Source of the DNA: Convolutriloba macropyga
Taxonomy: Eukaryota
Direction of reading: 5' to 3'
Assembly (NCBI RefSeq): GCF_964194025.1
Contig: NC_134469.1
Coordinates: 58,156,172-58,220,000, forward strand
DNA: 63,829 nt
This document shows positions 51,871 through 63,829 of this stretch, piece by piece. The position numbers and the translations under genes are program-made. Position 1 is the stretch's first letter, and each line of letters starts with the position of its first letter. Under the pieces are notes generated by a model that was not told the origin of the DNA, did not search any database, and was given only the letters and a program-made list of their open reading frames with translations.

Positions 51871-53689
51871 AGATAAACACTGCGACCCTGTTTCTGACTG
51901 TTGTAACGTTCAATTTTTAACCGATCATATAATTCAAGCAATGAAATTCAAGCATTCGGCTCTGAACTTTGTTTTTCCAGAAGTTAATTAAAAAATCTCT
52001 GTTCTGTCCAGAAGTTAATTAAAAAATCTCTGTTCTGTCAAAGGGTGCAGGATTTTTTTAATGAAATTGTGATAGCCTGTTCCTTGAGATGATTTTATGA
52101 ATTGCTTCAATTATAACAGTCCAACACAGGTTTTATTTTAGGACTTTGTTGTCTTTTAGGAGCTCCAACACCATGAAATATATGTCATGTCCATTTGACG
52201 TATTTGTGCGGCGACAATTGATTATATCTAATTTATTTTAAAAATGGCCACTGAAGTTAAAACCAGTTAATTGTTGGTAAAATACGTTTTTTTGTTAAAT
52301 TGAACAAGTGGCCCAATTGCAAAGCGTATTATTTTGGTAATTTTTTTCTTAGGAGATTCAAATGAGTTGACGTGATCAATTTTCACAATGCTAATCAATC
52401 ACTATTTATAGATTTTGACTGTTAAGGAAGATTTTAGTTGTTTATTTGCGACAGCTAACGCCAAATTTAGTGAACGATTCTAAATAAGTTTTGCTCAGTT
52501 TCTTTCGTCTTATGTTTAAATCGTTAACAATCACTTAGATTGCTAATAAATTTTCAACCTTTCAACTGATCTCAGTTTATTATAGAAGATCTCAAAGTTT
52601 TTACTAAAATTGTCTAAATTATCAAAACATGGAGTGATGAAACAAATTTTCAAACAGATTTGTTGTTGAAAAATTTCAATTCTGTTTTGTCCTTAGTTCT
52701 GAAGGAGATCCGTTCAGTAGCTTTTATTTATACGATGAGTTTAAATAATAATTTTAGGAGTTGAAAAAAGGCAGAACAAAACAAAAACATTTTTTGTGAT
52801 TTAATGGCATCAAAATTCTGCAATCAAATCAGGAAAGTAGTTTTTACGATGATATTTCAATTTGTTTTGAAAAAATACTAGATCACTATCGAAAACTACC
52901 GAATCTGTACTAAGAATTTTTCTAATTGGCAGCTAAAAGTTTGTTAACTACATAAATTATTTTGCATCTCAAACAACTGAACAACATGAGTTAAACCTCT
53001 AAATTCTAATTTTAACCTTCTTTGAGAAAGTTGAGCAAAACAGGAAAGAAGTTTTGCTTTTTTTGTGTTCCGCCAAAATTTTTCCATCTTAAGGCAATCT
53101 TAGCTTGAGAAATTTAGAACCGAATTTAAAAAAGACAAGGTTAACGGATGAGTCACCGTTAAACCCGTTCTTTGTAAATTAAATTTGGACCTGAATTGTT
53201 TGGAGATGCGCAGTTACTCTAGTGACGCCAAGACTTTCACATAAACGTTTCTTATGTAGCATCGCAATGCTATGACTAGCTGCAGAAATATATGTGGCAT
53301 CGCAATACTATTCTTAGCTGCAGAAATATATTAATTTTTTAAAATTTGTGAGTAGAATCGAAAATAATTGATCCGGTACATTTGTTGTTTTCACAGTTTT
53401 TATATTTTCTTACCAATTAATTTAATAGGAAAATTGGATAACAGTAACGTGCAAAAAAATCTTTTGGCCCAATTTTGTCTTCATAAGTTACAGAGCTACA
53501 AATTTTCAAAAATAATTTGTTCCTCTAGTGTATAGATCGATGAAAACTGCCCTCAAGCTTGCGCATAAAACTTTGACTTTGTCTGAAATGTCTGCTGTTT
53601 ACCGTATTTATCCATCAGAGAGGTGTTATTTGTTTGTCTATGAAGTTTTTGCGTATAATGAACCCAGGTCTAGGTACAGACTTATGAAA

Positions 53690-53905
53690 AAACAATGCTC
53701 GACCCAAATGTACTATACTCGACTCATTTGAGCTATGAAAAGATTTTAGTTGGACTTTAAGACATTCTGTACTTTAGCTCGACTGAGATTTTTCGCAAAG
53801 GACTTTAGCTGGATCCAGAATTTTACAAAAGACTTTAGCTCGACCCAATATTTGGGCTGGACTTAAGCTCGATAAAATGTTTGCAAACAAAGTCGAGTTA
53901 AAGCC
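53690..53905. repeat. Periodic 14-bp motif array (GACTTTAGCTCGAC) with variable spacers
   Basis: Copies start at 53742, 53770, 53801, 53831 and 53860; inverted copy at 53892. Confidence 0.8.
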
Positions 53906-53999
53906 TTTCCATAAATCGAGGCCTGGGCCTTGGAAGTCAATGTATTTTTTTCAAGCTGCTGACTAATTGTTTTGCCCTTTTCAAGCCAAAACAGTGCCG

Positions 54000-56900
54000 A
54001 CTTTAAAACAACTCCGCTTTTCCCCCCATTTGATCACCTTTTATTAGTTTCAGTGAGTGTTTAGTTATTGGTAATGTTAGTAGTATTCATTTGTTTCATT
54101 TTTGCATATCAATCCGAAACCGCGATGTAAAATTGTTTTGAGCTCCCACGAACAGATAATAGTTAATTTGTACCGGATAACTGTCATAGTTGTTCCAACC
54201 CCACTTTACAGATGGAGGAATTATATGCTGAACAGTTTTTTTTGTTCCATCAATTTTTACCGTTCGATACATTCAATGTAGAGATTTATGATTGTAATCA
54301 TTAGAAAGACTTTCAATAAAAAAACTTTCAATAAAAGAAAGACTTTCAATAAAAAAAAATAACTTTTTTAAGGATTTTGTTTTTCGTTCAAGAAATTATG
54401 GTGTAAATTTTTGTTCATCTTACCGTCATTTTTTCGAACTCAAAATTTTCACTTAAAAATTTGCTGTTTCATATGTATTATGAACTACGCTCATATTTTG
54501 ACCAATTATGTGTCACATAGTTTTGATTCCAATGTGGATTTTAACAAAAAATACTGAATTATAAAATAGGCCACTCATTTTATCTTCTCATATTTTTGAG
54601 GTATAAAATATAGAGAAACCAGTTTTTATGTCACGGGTCTATTGATAAAAGATGTTATTTACCTTCAATTCAAATGGAAACCAATAGGCGTATATTTTCT
54701 TTTCAAAGAATACCTTATGTTTGTAATGGCGCCGCTACTGCTTTTGTACACTTTTCGAGTTTTTTAGTTTTTTATTCACTTGTTGCAATTTTTGTAGTCT
54801 TATGGCTTTGTTTCATTCATCTTAAGTCGAATTGGCTTCCTAAAAAAGAACAAGTGAGCCTATCTAATTATTTGAGTTGGTGCTTAAAAGTTTTTTCAAA
54901 TTTTTTTTCTTGGACAATTTTTGTTGAACTTTGCCCCTTGTAATCTTTTCTATGTCAATTTTCAAATCTTTCGCACTAGTGACAGAAATTCTCATTTTTC
55001 TAGTGGAAAAAAATTTTTTCTGTGGAGCGGTTTGTTGTTGTTTTTTCTTTGGAACGACAAGTTTTAACAAAAAATGTATATGTTGCCATACATGAGGTTC
55101 TTTTTTGAAGTGTTTTTCACGTTATTACAGTAGAGTTAGGCCTTTCTGGCTCTGGAAAGAATCCAAAGTAAACACATATTCAGTTTTGGATAAAAATTTA
55201 TGTTTTTAGTAGTTTCGCCACTTTTTTTCTTGCATGTTTTTTAAATAAAACTCATCCTGATTAATGACAGGTCTCAAAGCCTTCATTTTCAGATATGAGT
55301 GATCGTAATTTAGGCTTCCATTTGACATCTAATAATTTTTACTACTTTGATGCTGTAATATTCCATAGAAATTGTGCGATTTTAGTTATTTATTTTTGTG
55401 ATTCATATTTGAAGTTTTGTCATTTTACTACAATAATAAGAGGTCCCAATGGAACTGAAAATATGTCCAATCAAATTTAAATATTTTTCAGGCTGATAGT
55501 GTATATTTATTTATAGTGGCTTCAAGAATCTTTTCGTGCGTTTTTGGTTTTTGCTTGTATCTGTTTTTCATCTAGGACAGGTTCAAAAAGCTAATAATAA
55601 ACTCATTATTGCTTTATGGGTCTTGTGTGTTTTATGGCGAGGACTTACAGTTAAGATTTCTGATACTAAACGATATGTTAACTTCTTTCAGTTGTTTTTT
55701 TACATAAAGCGTATAACTATAGATCCCATTGGTGCCCAATTGTAACTGAGATGAAGAGAATTAACCTTTTTAGTTACTAGCTAATGATTTTAATGAATTC
55801 AATACTTCGTGATTTTGTTTTTTTTGTATTTCTTGAGTTTTCTTGGTTTTTGCGAACCCTATGGTTTAGTTTTACCTATTTCAGGTCCCAATGGCTTCCT
55901 AAGGAGTTATATTTGGCTCCATCGATGTTTTTTGTTGAAAATTCAAAGCATTGGTTATTATAATTTTTGAAATTAATAGGTCTTGAGTTGCCCATTTATG
56001 TTAGCTGGAATTGCCCATTTATGGTAACAAATGTTACCTGTTTCCATTGAAGAAGAAAAGATCCTTTGTTTTTTTCTAAGTTTTCTTAAAAATAGATATA
56101 GAGTTTCGCCGTAATCATAGTTTTTTTTCATTTCGTTGTTTACTTCTTTCGTAGTGTTGTTATAATAGACCAATTATCTTTAAACACTATGTGATTTTTT
56201 GACTGTTTCCTATTTTTTTCTTTTTGATCTGCAATTAGGTCAAAATGTGGACAAACAGTGTCGGATCATTATGTGCCAACGCAATTTACCAAGCCTCCTT
56301 ATTAGCAGGTATATTGAGAACATCGATCATTCTACTAATTTCCCTTTGTTTCGACGAAAAACATTGTGTAATTTTTCAGGCAGAAAACAGATTGAAATTG
56401 TTTTAGTACAAACATTTTTGATATAGATTACAATGAATAGAAATAGTGAGTTTTAATTTGTCAAAAACAGTTTTGTTGAGAATTATCCAACATACCTGAA
56501 AATATTTGAAACATTATTCCGTTATTGCATTTTGAGCTTGAATTCCAGCTTCAGGTCAAAGTCCAATCATTTTTCTTGCCGTCCAGTAATTGGGGTTAAC
56601 TTTGATTTCGAAAGTGTAAATTGTGTACAAAAATGCTTTCTAATTTTGTTACGTGTGCTCAAAATCCACAAATTTCTTTTGTCAAATTCATGAAAAATTT
56701 TCACAATCTTTTAGCTGCAATATAAATGTGGCTTTCTATAACAAAACTGACTAGACTTACGAGTTAAAGTGAGTAAACATGAACTAAGTCTAGTCTGCAA
56801 ATTGTTTTTTTTCAGCTGAATGTTTTATCAAAAGAAATTTATCGATGGGCACACAATTATGGAAAAGTGTCATTAAAATTAATGATTACATTCCACGATG

Positions 56901-59900
56901 TAGAATATAAGAATTCAACTTTTCCACTTTCCGATGAGTTATCGAAATCTTGCGGTTTCAAATTTTCACTTGGTTTTCTTCCGACCCACTTTAGTGGGGG
57001 AGGAACTATATGCACAACTGTATTTTTCTGCAGTCATATGTGGCCGATCAAATTTTCCATCGTAGAGAGCAGTAAGTGGTATCATCAGCCAACCCCTACA
57101 GCGCATAAAGGGAAAATAAAATTTCCTCTTATTTTTTTTTGCAGGCAGTTATCGAGGCTTTAAATTTTGTGAACTTTTGAATGATATCCGCTGTTTTTAT
57201 TCGCGCTTTCGAGAGTTCTAGACCATTTTTTTGCTAATTTTTTAAGTTTTAAAAAAATAATAGCGGCCTCTATGAAAACATAGGAGGGTGGTTGAAACGT
57301 TGATCCGACAATCATAGCTAAAATTTTCCCAAAACTTTTCACATGTTAACTTTTTCACAAAAAGCACAAATAATCTTCCTTAGCCAACTTTGTTAAAAAT
57401 GCAAAATCAAAACAAAATTGAGCACCTTTAGAGTAGTGTTCTTTAATTTGCTTCCGTTCCTTATAAGAGCGTTCTGGAATAAATATTTCACCGGTTTTTT
57501 GCCAACTTATCATAATCTTTATTTAAAATTTCCCATTTAATTTTGAAATATTGAGTTTTCGCCTAAATTATCTATTTCAATAACTTGTTTAAAAAATACT
57601 TCAAATTGATGTGCCTGCAGTATTATCAGAGTATTTTTTAATCGGATCGTATTTCTTGACAACCAAAAATTGTTCTGATTCTATTAGAGCGTTTCTTTTA
57701 ACTAAGTTAGCAGTTTATTTTATTCTTCCTCTATAATGATTACAGGACAGAGTTGATTTCAATCCGGGGTCGTTCTTGAGCAGCTGAGTTTAACGCAAAA
57801 ATGAGGCCAATGATCATATATTTTGTTTTCAGCGAAAAGTTTATGGTTTTTAAGGCTTTGACAAAGTGTTTTTGTGCACTTTAATTGAATTCTTTTGTTT
57901 TGCCCTTATTTGTTGTTTTATTCACAATATAATGACTCAATATTAGTAGCAAAAGATCCAATTCTTCTCCCTCAATAAAACAAGCGCCGATGGTATAAAG
58001 GCTACATAAAGCTTTCTTTGTTTCGAGAACATCTCAGTTAGTTTTAAAATTTGACAATTATTTTTGATTCTGTAAACTTTTAGCTTTATCTCAGTAAACA
58101 CAGCTTTTATTTTCTCTCTATTGGATGAAATTTTAATGACTTTAAAAGATGCGAAATGTAAAAAGTTCCAGTTTTTTTCAAATCAGTGCATTCAAAAAGT
58201 TTTCCTTTCTTTGTCTTATTTTTGTCATTTTATAGTATATTGTCATGAAAACATGCTGCATCTTCTTTCTAGAGATAAAGTTGATTTCTAGATTTGTTTT
58301 CGTTGCTTATTTAATCAAAGGTTCTGTGGTTCTGACACTTAGAGTGTGATAAATTTTTTGTGATTCCTGAAAAATATCCAGGTTTTGAAAATCTTTTTTG
58401 TGTTTCCTTGTCAGAATGCAACTTTAATGACGGCTCCAAGTATGAAAGAAATTGAACAAATAAGACGTTTTTATGAATAGCTAATGATTTTGACATCTCT
58501 AACGCCGTTTTCTCACAAATTTCAATTGAATTTTTGATTTTGGCTTTTTTGTTGCTTTTGCGTTCCGACCCTCTTGTGGGGGGAGAAACTATATACTCAA
58601 ATGGGTTTTTTTCGGACAATTTTGGCCGATCGATATATAAATTGTAGAGAAATGTGAGTGATAACATTAAAAAGCTCATCCAGCGTACAATTCGAAATTA
58701 AAAAGGTTTTTTGAATTTCAGTTTTTTCGAGGAGATGACGAGGTTTCAAATTTCGTGTGAACACGGGATATTTGGTTCACTTTTGTTCACTTTTACCGTA
58801 AATTTTTTTGAATTCCGTTAGTAACAAACATCATTTACATTCCAATGATTCCCAATGAACAAAAAATTCGTTTCCAAGGAATCGCTCATGTTTTTTTTTG
58901 GATTCGTATCTCAGTTTTTGTAATTGTAATCAAATTTTTAAATTTTTTTTAAAGATTTTACTAAATTTTTGGAATTCTATTGCGTAAATTCGTTGACGAC
59001 TAAGAGTGTAATTGGATTCTGAATGAGCAGGTAAAACTATCTAGTGCTTTGAGTAGACAGGTAATAGCTGTTAAATGTTTGAAAAAAATAAATATTCGAA
59101 ATTTTTTTCTGATATTAACTAACCAGAAATTTTTTGTGAACTGTAAGTCAATCTCGGGAATGAAAAGACCTGCTCCTTCCTAATGCAAATAAAATTAATC
59201 TTGTTAGCGGTTTTATCTTCTAACTATTGAATATATGACTTCAAGGCCACGAGATTTCAGTTTTTTTAGTTTTGGACATTTCGTATTATAGGTTCCTTTG
59301 AAATCTTATCATTTTATCCTAATATTGATGGCTCCCATTGTTTTAGCCAACACATTCAATGGATCATAGATAAAGTTTTCATAGAAAAAACTTATGGTTT
59401 AAATGGCTTCAACACTTTCTTCTTGCACTTTTTTACGTAAAGTTTTGGTTTTTGCCTGTATTTGCTGTTTTTTTTCATAATCATAAAAAATATTGTGATG
59501 TCTTATTGATTACCTATGCATGAAAAACATCCTTGTATCACATAGTGGCATAACTGAGCGAATTTATTGACTTCCGTTGAAAGCTATTGAATTCAATGGC
59601 TGTTAAGTCTTTAAAAAATAATTCTTTGAAAGTGATGACGGAACTCTTTTGCCTCCCAATTCAACAAAATTTTATCTATTTAGCGGTTTTATCTTCTAAG
59701 TATTGGTTTTTTGACTTCGATGCACGAGTTTTCATATCCTTTTTTAAATTTTTGTATATAATTCATCGCAATTTCAGTTCCTTTTAAAATCTTTTTATAT
59801 TATCCTAATATTGATAGTTCCCATTGGCTTAAAGGGGAAGTTCAATGGATTGCAGAAAAAGTTTTCAGAGAAAAATTTATGGTTTAAATGGCTTCGACAC

Positions 59901-62000
59901 TTTCTTCTCGCACTTTTCCGTTTACTTTTTGGATTTTGTCTGTATTTGTTGTTGTTTTCATAGTCAATGACGTGTTCTAATGTCCTATTTTTAAGTTTTG
60001 AAAGACGAAAATTCTTGTTGCTACGTCTAGGCATAATTTAGCGTATTTAATGTCTTCCGTCGAAAGTTCTTGATTTTTATGACGTTGAAACTATGGGTTT
60101 ACTCAAAAATATCGTGATCTTAATGTATTTTTCATTGCCATACGACTTAATGTGACAAGTTATCCATGACCTATGAAAAAAAACGCTTTGACTTTCTATC
60201 GAGGAGGTACTTAGCGTGTTTATTCAGTTTCATTGAAAGCTAATGAATTTAATGGCTTTGATACTAGTGGTTTTCTAAAAAAACATCGTGCATTTATTAT
60301 ACCTGTTTAAATTTGTTGTTCTCCAACTAATTTTGTAACAGCACAAACAATGCCATTGCTGTTAAGAAAATAATTGAAAATATACAAGTTATTACTGAAA
60401 ATTTCATTCTCTAAATGCCTTACCAGTTTCTCGCTTAATTTTTTTCAATTTGCTGTTTTTGCTTTTTTACTCTTTAGGTAGCCGTAAAAAGCAGAAAAGT
60501 CTCAAAAACTTATAATTGCCGATTAAATGAATGATGTTACCGGAAGAAGTCAGTTTGTAGCGAATAGTCTTAAAACTTTTGATATTAAACATTTTCAATT
60601 TTTTTTTTCAATCTTTTCAGTTCTTGTTGTTTTATTTCGTCAACTTTTAACTTATTCTCGTCATTGAGAAGTTCCATCCAATTCCATGAATTTCAAAAAT
60701 TAAAATTTCTACTAATGTTATGTCGTCACTGATGTTTTGTTTGGTGGACAAGATGCGCTTTCTTAAAAATTTTGTGATTGATGTATTTGTGTTTTCTTTT
60801 CTCTTCTTTTAGCACATTCAGATAATAACAAATATATTAATGATTTTCCAATGTAGCCCAAATGATCTTTTTTTATTCTTTCGGTATATTTTTAGTTGAA
60901 CTAGTATAAATAAAAAGTGAAATAAAAGTACTTAACGCTCAGATAATATCTAACGATTTTAATGGCTTCAATAATTTGTGCTTTTGCAAATTTTTCATAA
61001 TTTTATGAGATTTTCTGCGTTTTAGTCCCTTCTGATGGCTTAGTCTAGCCAACAACGGGTCAGATTGGTTTCAGAATGACTTTTTATTATCACGAATTAT
61101 TTTGTTATAAGCTAAAGATTTTATAGATTTTTGAAATTATTTGGTTTTAAAAATGTTGATTGATTTATGATTTTAACTTCATTTTTTCTTCTCTTTGTCA
61201 AATTGCTACCTTGTCCCATTAAGGAAAACATCCGTCTGCTTTATAGTAAAAAACCTAATTTTTTGTAGTTAAGGTTTTATCTGATTGCATTTTGATGTTG
61301 TAACTAGGTGCTTTTAAATTTGGGAAATTGTGTTTCTGCCGTGGAATTTTATTTTTGCTTGTTTTGTTGTTTGTTGTTTTTTTCTCGTAGTCTTTACAAT
61401 GGCAGATCCCGTAAGCCCCGTAGTAAGGCATGGCAATATGTAATTCAATTAGTAATTAGGTTTTATAACATTTTTTTAAACTCAAACATCTATTTTCGTT
61501 ATGTCTTCATTTGGTTGACAATTAAGTCAAAAATGTAGATGAGTTCGGGTCGGAACATCTTGTGCGAACGCACATTAACGAGCCTTCTTTTTTTGTACTG
61601 GTATTACATGTTCTGGATAATTGCAATTCTATAAGTCCTTCTATGATGGTCATCTAGATTCAGTTTAATAATTTGGTTTGATAGCTATTGCGTTTTCTGA
61701 CTTTGAAGGTAATTTTTGTTTGCAAAATTATAACCTTATTTTCACACTTTGGCCCTTTTGTTTTTTGTCGACTTGTGACCAAGTCTCGTTAAAAACCGGA
61801 CCCATCTATTTTCTAGTGAGCAACGATTTATTTTTTTTCTGCTGCTATTAGACTTTTATCTATTGCTTCATTTGATGCTATTGTCTGGTTTTATCTGTTG
61901 CTATTTCAACTTCGCTATTAAGTATTTCCATAAAATGGATACTAATTTCTGCTCATAATTAACCTTGTTTTTTAATTGACTGTTTTTTTTGTAGTCTAGT
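54000..62000 (-). repeat. Long decayed AT-rich repeat, related in reverse orientation to 24300-30700
   Basis: Reverse complement of 61745-61790 matches ACAAGTCGACAAAA...GGGG.CAAAGT at 24389-24427; recurring CCCAATGGCTTCC vs GGAAGCCAATGG. Boundaries approximate. Confidence 0.5.
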
Positions 62001-63054
62001 AGTGTCATCAATTGCAGGTCTCATCGGCTCATCTGTTTATTTTTGAACAGCATGAGTTTTTTTTTGAAAGTTTTTTCTTCAACTGTTAGACAATCAGGCC
62101 AAAACTGTGAATTAGCAGGGTCGGAACATTGTGTGTCACCGCACATAACCGAGCCTCCTTGTATATTTTGGAAATTCACCCGGGTGATAAACCGTTTAAA
62201 CCAATATTGATTTTCATAAATGAGAACGGTCATATGCTAGACTTTTTCTACCCGCGTCTGTAATCATAATTACGTGTAGGTGAATTTGAAGACAACTTGT
62301 TGTTTTCACATTGTCACTAAAGTTCTTCAAGCTTTGGACAAAATGGTCTGAAAAAAAAACGAGATTTTAAATTATTTGATACATGTGGCTGCGGTTTTTT
62401 ATGAGAATTCTGTGTAGAAAAGCCGGTGAATGAAGCAGCTAGACGTGAGTTTGCTCTTGAATAAAGACTAACAAACCACTGTGGTTACAAATAAATTACG
62501 AAAATATATCAAATACGTTTTGTTCTTGAAAAATTTGAACTCTGACTATATTTGTATCACGAGCTCTTATCGTCTATCTAATTTTTTCAATGTCAGCGAT
62601 ATTTTTGGTGCTCAATTTAGAAGATCATTAAGTCAGCTACGCCTTATGAAGCTGAAAAGTGATCATTTAAAATCACATTTTGTTCTTCAGCTGTAAAAAC
62701 TGAGGAAAAAAATACAAATTGCCATAACAAAATCTGCTGATTAGTTTTGATGGCCACACCCTCATTTGCATATTAATATCTATTTTACGCAGTAACTTTA
62801 TCAATTGTATCGCCATTTTCGAATTACTCGGATTGATTTGAAATCTTCCCTCTCCGACAAAATAATACAAAATACTTCATTTAAGCATCAACACCTCTAA
62901 ATTCTTGAGGACGCGTTATTTTCAATGCTTTGTTTAACTTGTTTTCCCGAAAAACTTCTTCCGTCAACTGTTAAGAAAACATAAATTAAATATCTAAACT
63001 TGGTTACGGAATTTGATTTTGCTGGGCAATCAATTCGCTGATTCTGTGTGCAAT

Positions 63055-63216
63055 ATGGGGGAAGTGTTGAATTTGACAATATTTCTGGTCATCATGATAT
63101 TGTTGATGTCTGTGGGGAGTGCATTCATGCTGAAGGTTCTGGGTGGGACTCCTATTCAGTACAAACACTGGCCCTACCAGAAGAAGCCTCCTGAAATTGA
63201 AAACCCTCCAGTTTGA
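63055..63216 (+). CDS. Signal peptide plus trypsin-family (S1A) activation N-terminus, truncated (53-aa ORF)
   Basis: Hydrophobic signal peptide then K|VLGGTPIQYKHWPYQ, matching R|IVGG....WPxQ. Homology stops at 63180 and no catalytic motifs follow within the window. Confidence 0.6.
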   Translation: MGEVLNLTIFLVIMILLMSVGSAFMLKVLGGTPIQYKHWPYQKKPPEIENPPV

Positions 63217-63829
63217 AAATGGACCATAACAAAGACTAATTTCTTAAGTGGGTCATAATCAAGAAGTGCAAGTTCAAAACTACCCAGCTTTACCATAATG
63301 TAGTTGTAATTTTAAATTGAGATGATTTATGTTCCTGTGTGTTTATTAACTTTTATAGGTTAAATTATTTTTCATATTTTTTACCATCTTATTAAATTGA
63401 GAATAGATACTTATTGTATGAGATCTTGATCACATGAGCCAAAAGAGCGTCATTGAAATCCGAATAATTCTGCAAAAAAACGGTGTTCACTGTGAGAACG
63501 ATTTCTAAACTTTTTTAAGGAACTGACATTATTGTCCAGTTGACAGCAAGAAGCAAAATGAAGGCTTTCCGGGGGGGGGGGGGGGGGGCTGGAGGTTGTG
63601 GACAACAGTCCCAATTATTCGTAAGCATTTCACACATTTGCGCTTTGTCCCTGTATTTATTGCTGGTGCAATTATATGTAATTGTATTTCACATTGTGAC
63701 CGTCTAAATTACTCTTGCGTTTTCCTGCCTTTACTACTTGTCTTTGATCCGTTCAAAATCTCAATGGTATGTTAATTTCACAGTGGTAATTAATATTACA
63801 TTAATAAATGTAGGCTGTGATCTTTCGTG

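Noticed and set aside
53742-53905. CRISPR array
   Set aside because: Eukaryotic context, 14-bp degenerate repeats, ~16-bp spacers and no cas genes.

Overview
AT-rich, repeat-dense animal (metazoan) genomic DNA with an assembly gap at 8-299. The species cannot be identified from the sequence. Three host genes can be reconstructed by hand: a 2-exon UBE2L3/UbcH7-type E2 enzyme (+, 8.1-kb intron), a 4-exon eIF2B alpha (EIF2B1, +) and an MFS transporter with an intronless CDS (SLC18B1-like, -). There is also a truncated trypsin-like first exon near the 3' end and a possible spliced 3' gene end at 1.7-2.4 kb. Region 4.9-14.9 kb is a nested retroelement cluster: Penelope, L2-like, a full-length degenerate CRE-clade RT-RLE element, and an SGNH-esterase ORF split by a younger CR1 insertion. 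The most unusual feature lies in this cluster. Removing the CR1 restores an in-frame SGNH esterase that sits directly upstream of, and co-oriented with, the CRE ORF. The CRE cassette is bracketed by a perfect 16-bp inverted repeat whose arms lie at the two stop codons, and it ends in (TA)n. The rest of the window is MITEs, Helentron-type non-autonomous elements, tRNA-like cassettes, local duplications and satellites. All family assignments come from motif recognition by eye; no database searches were run.
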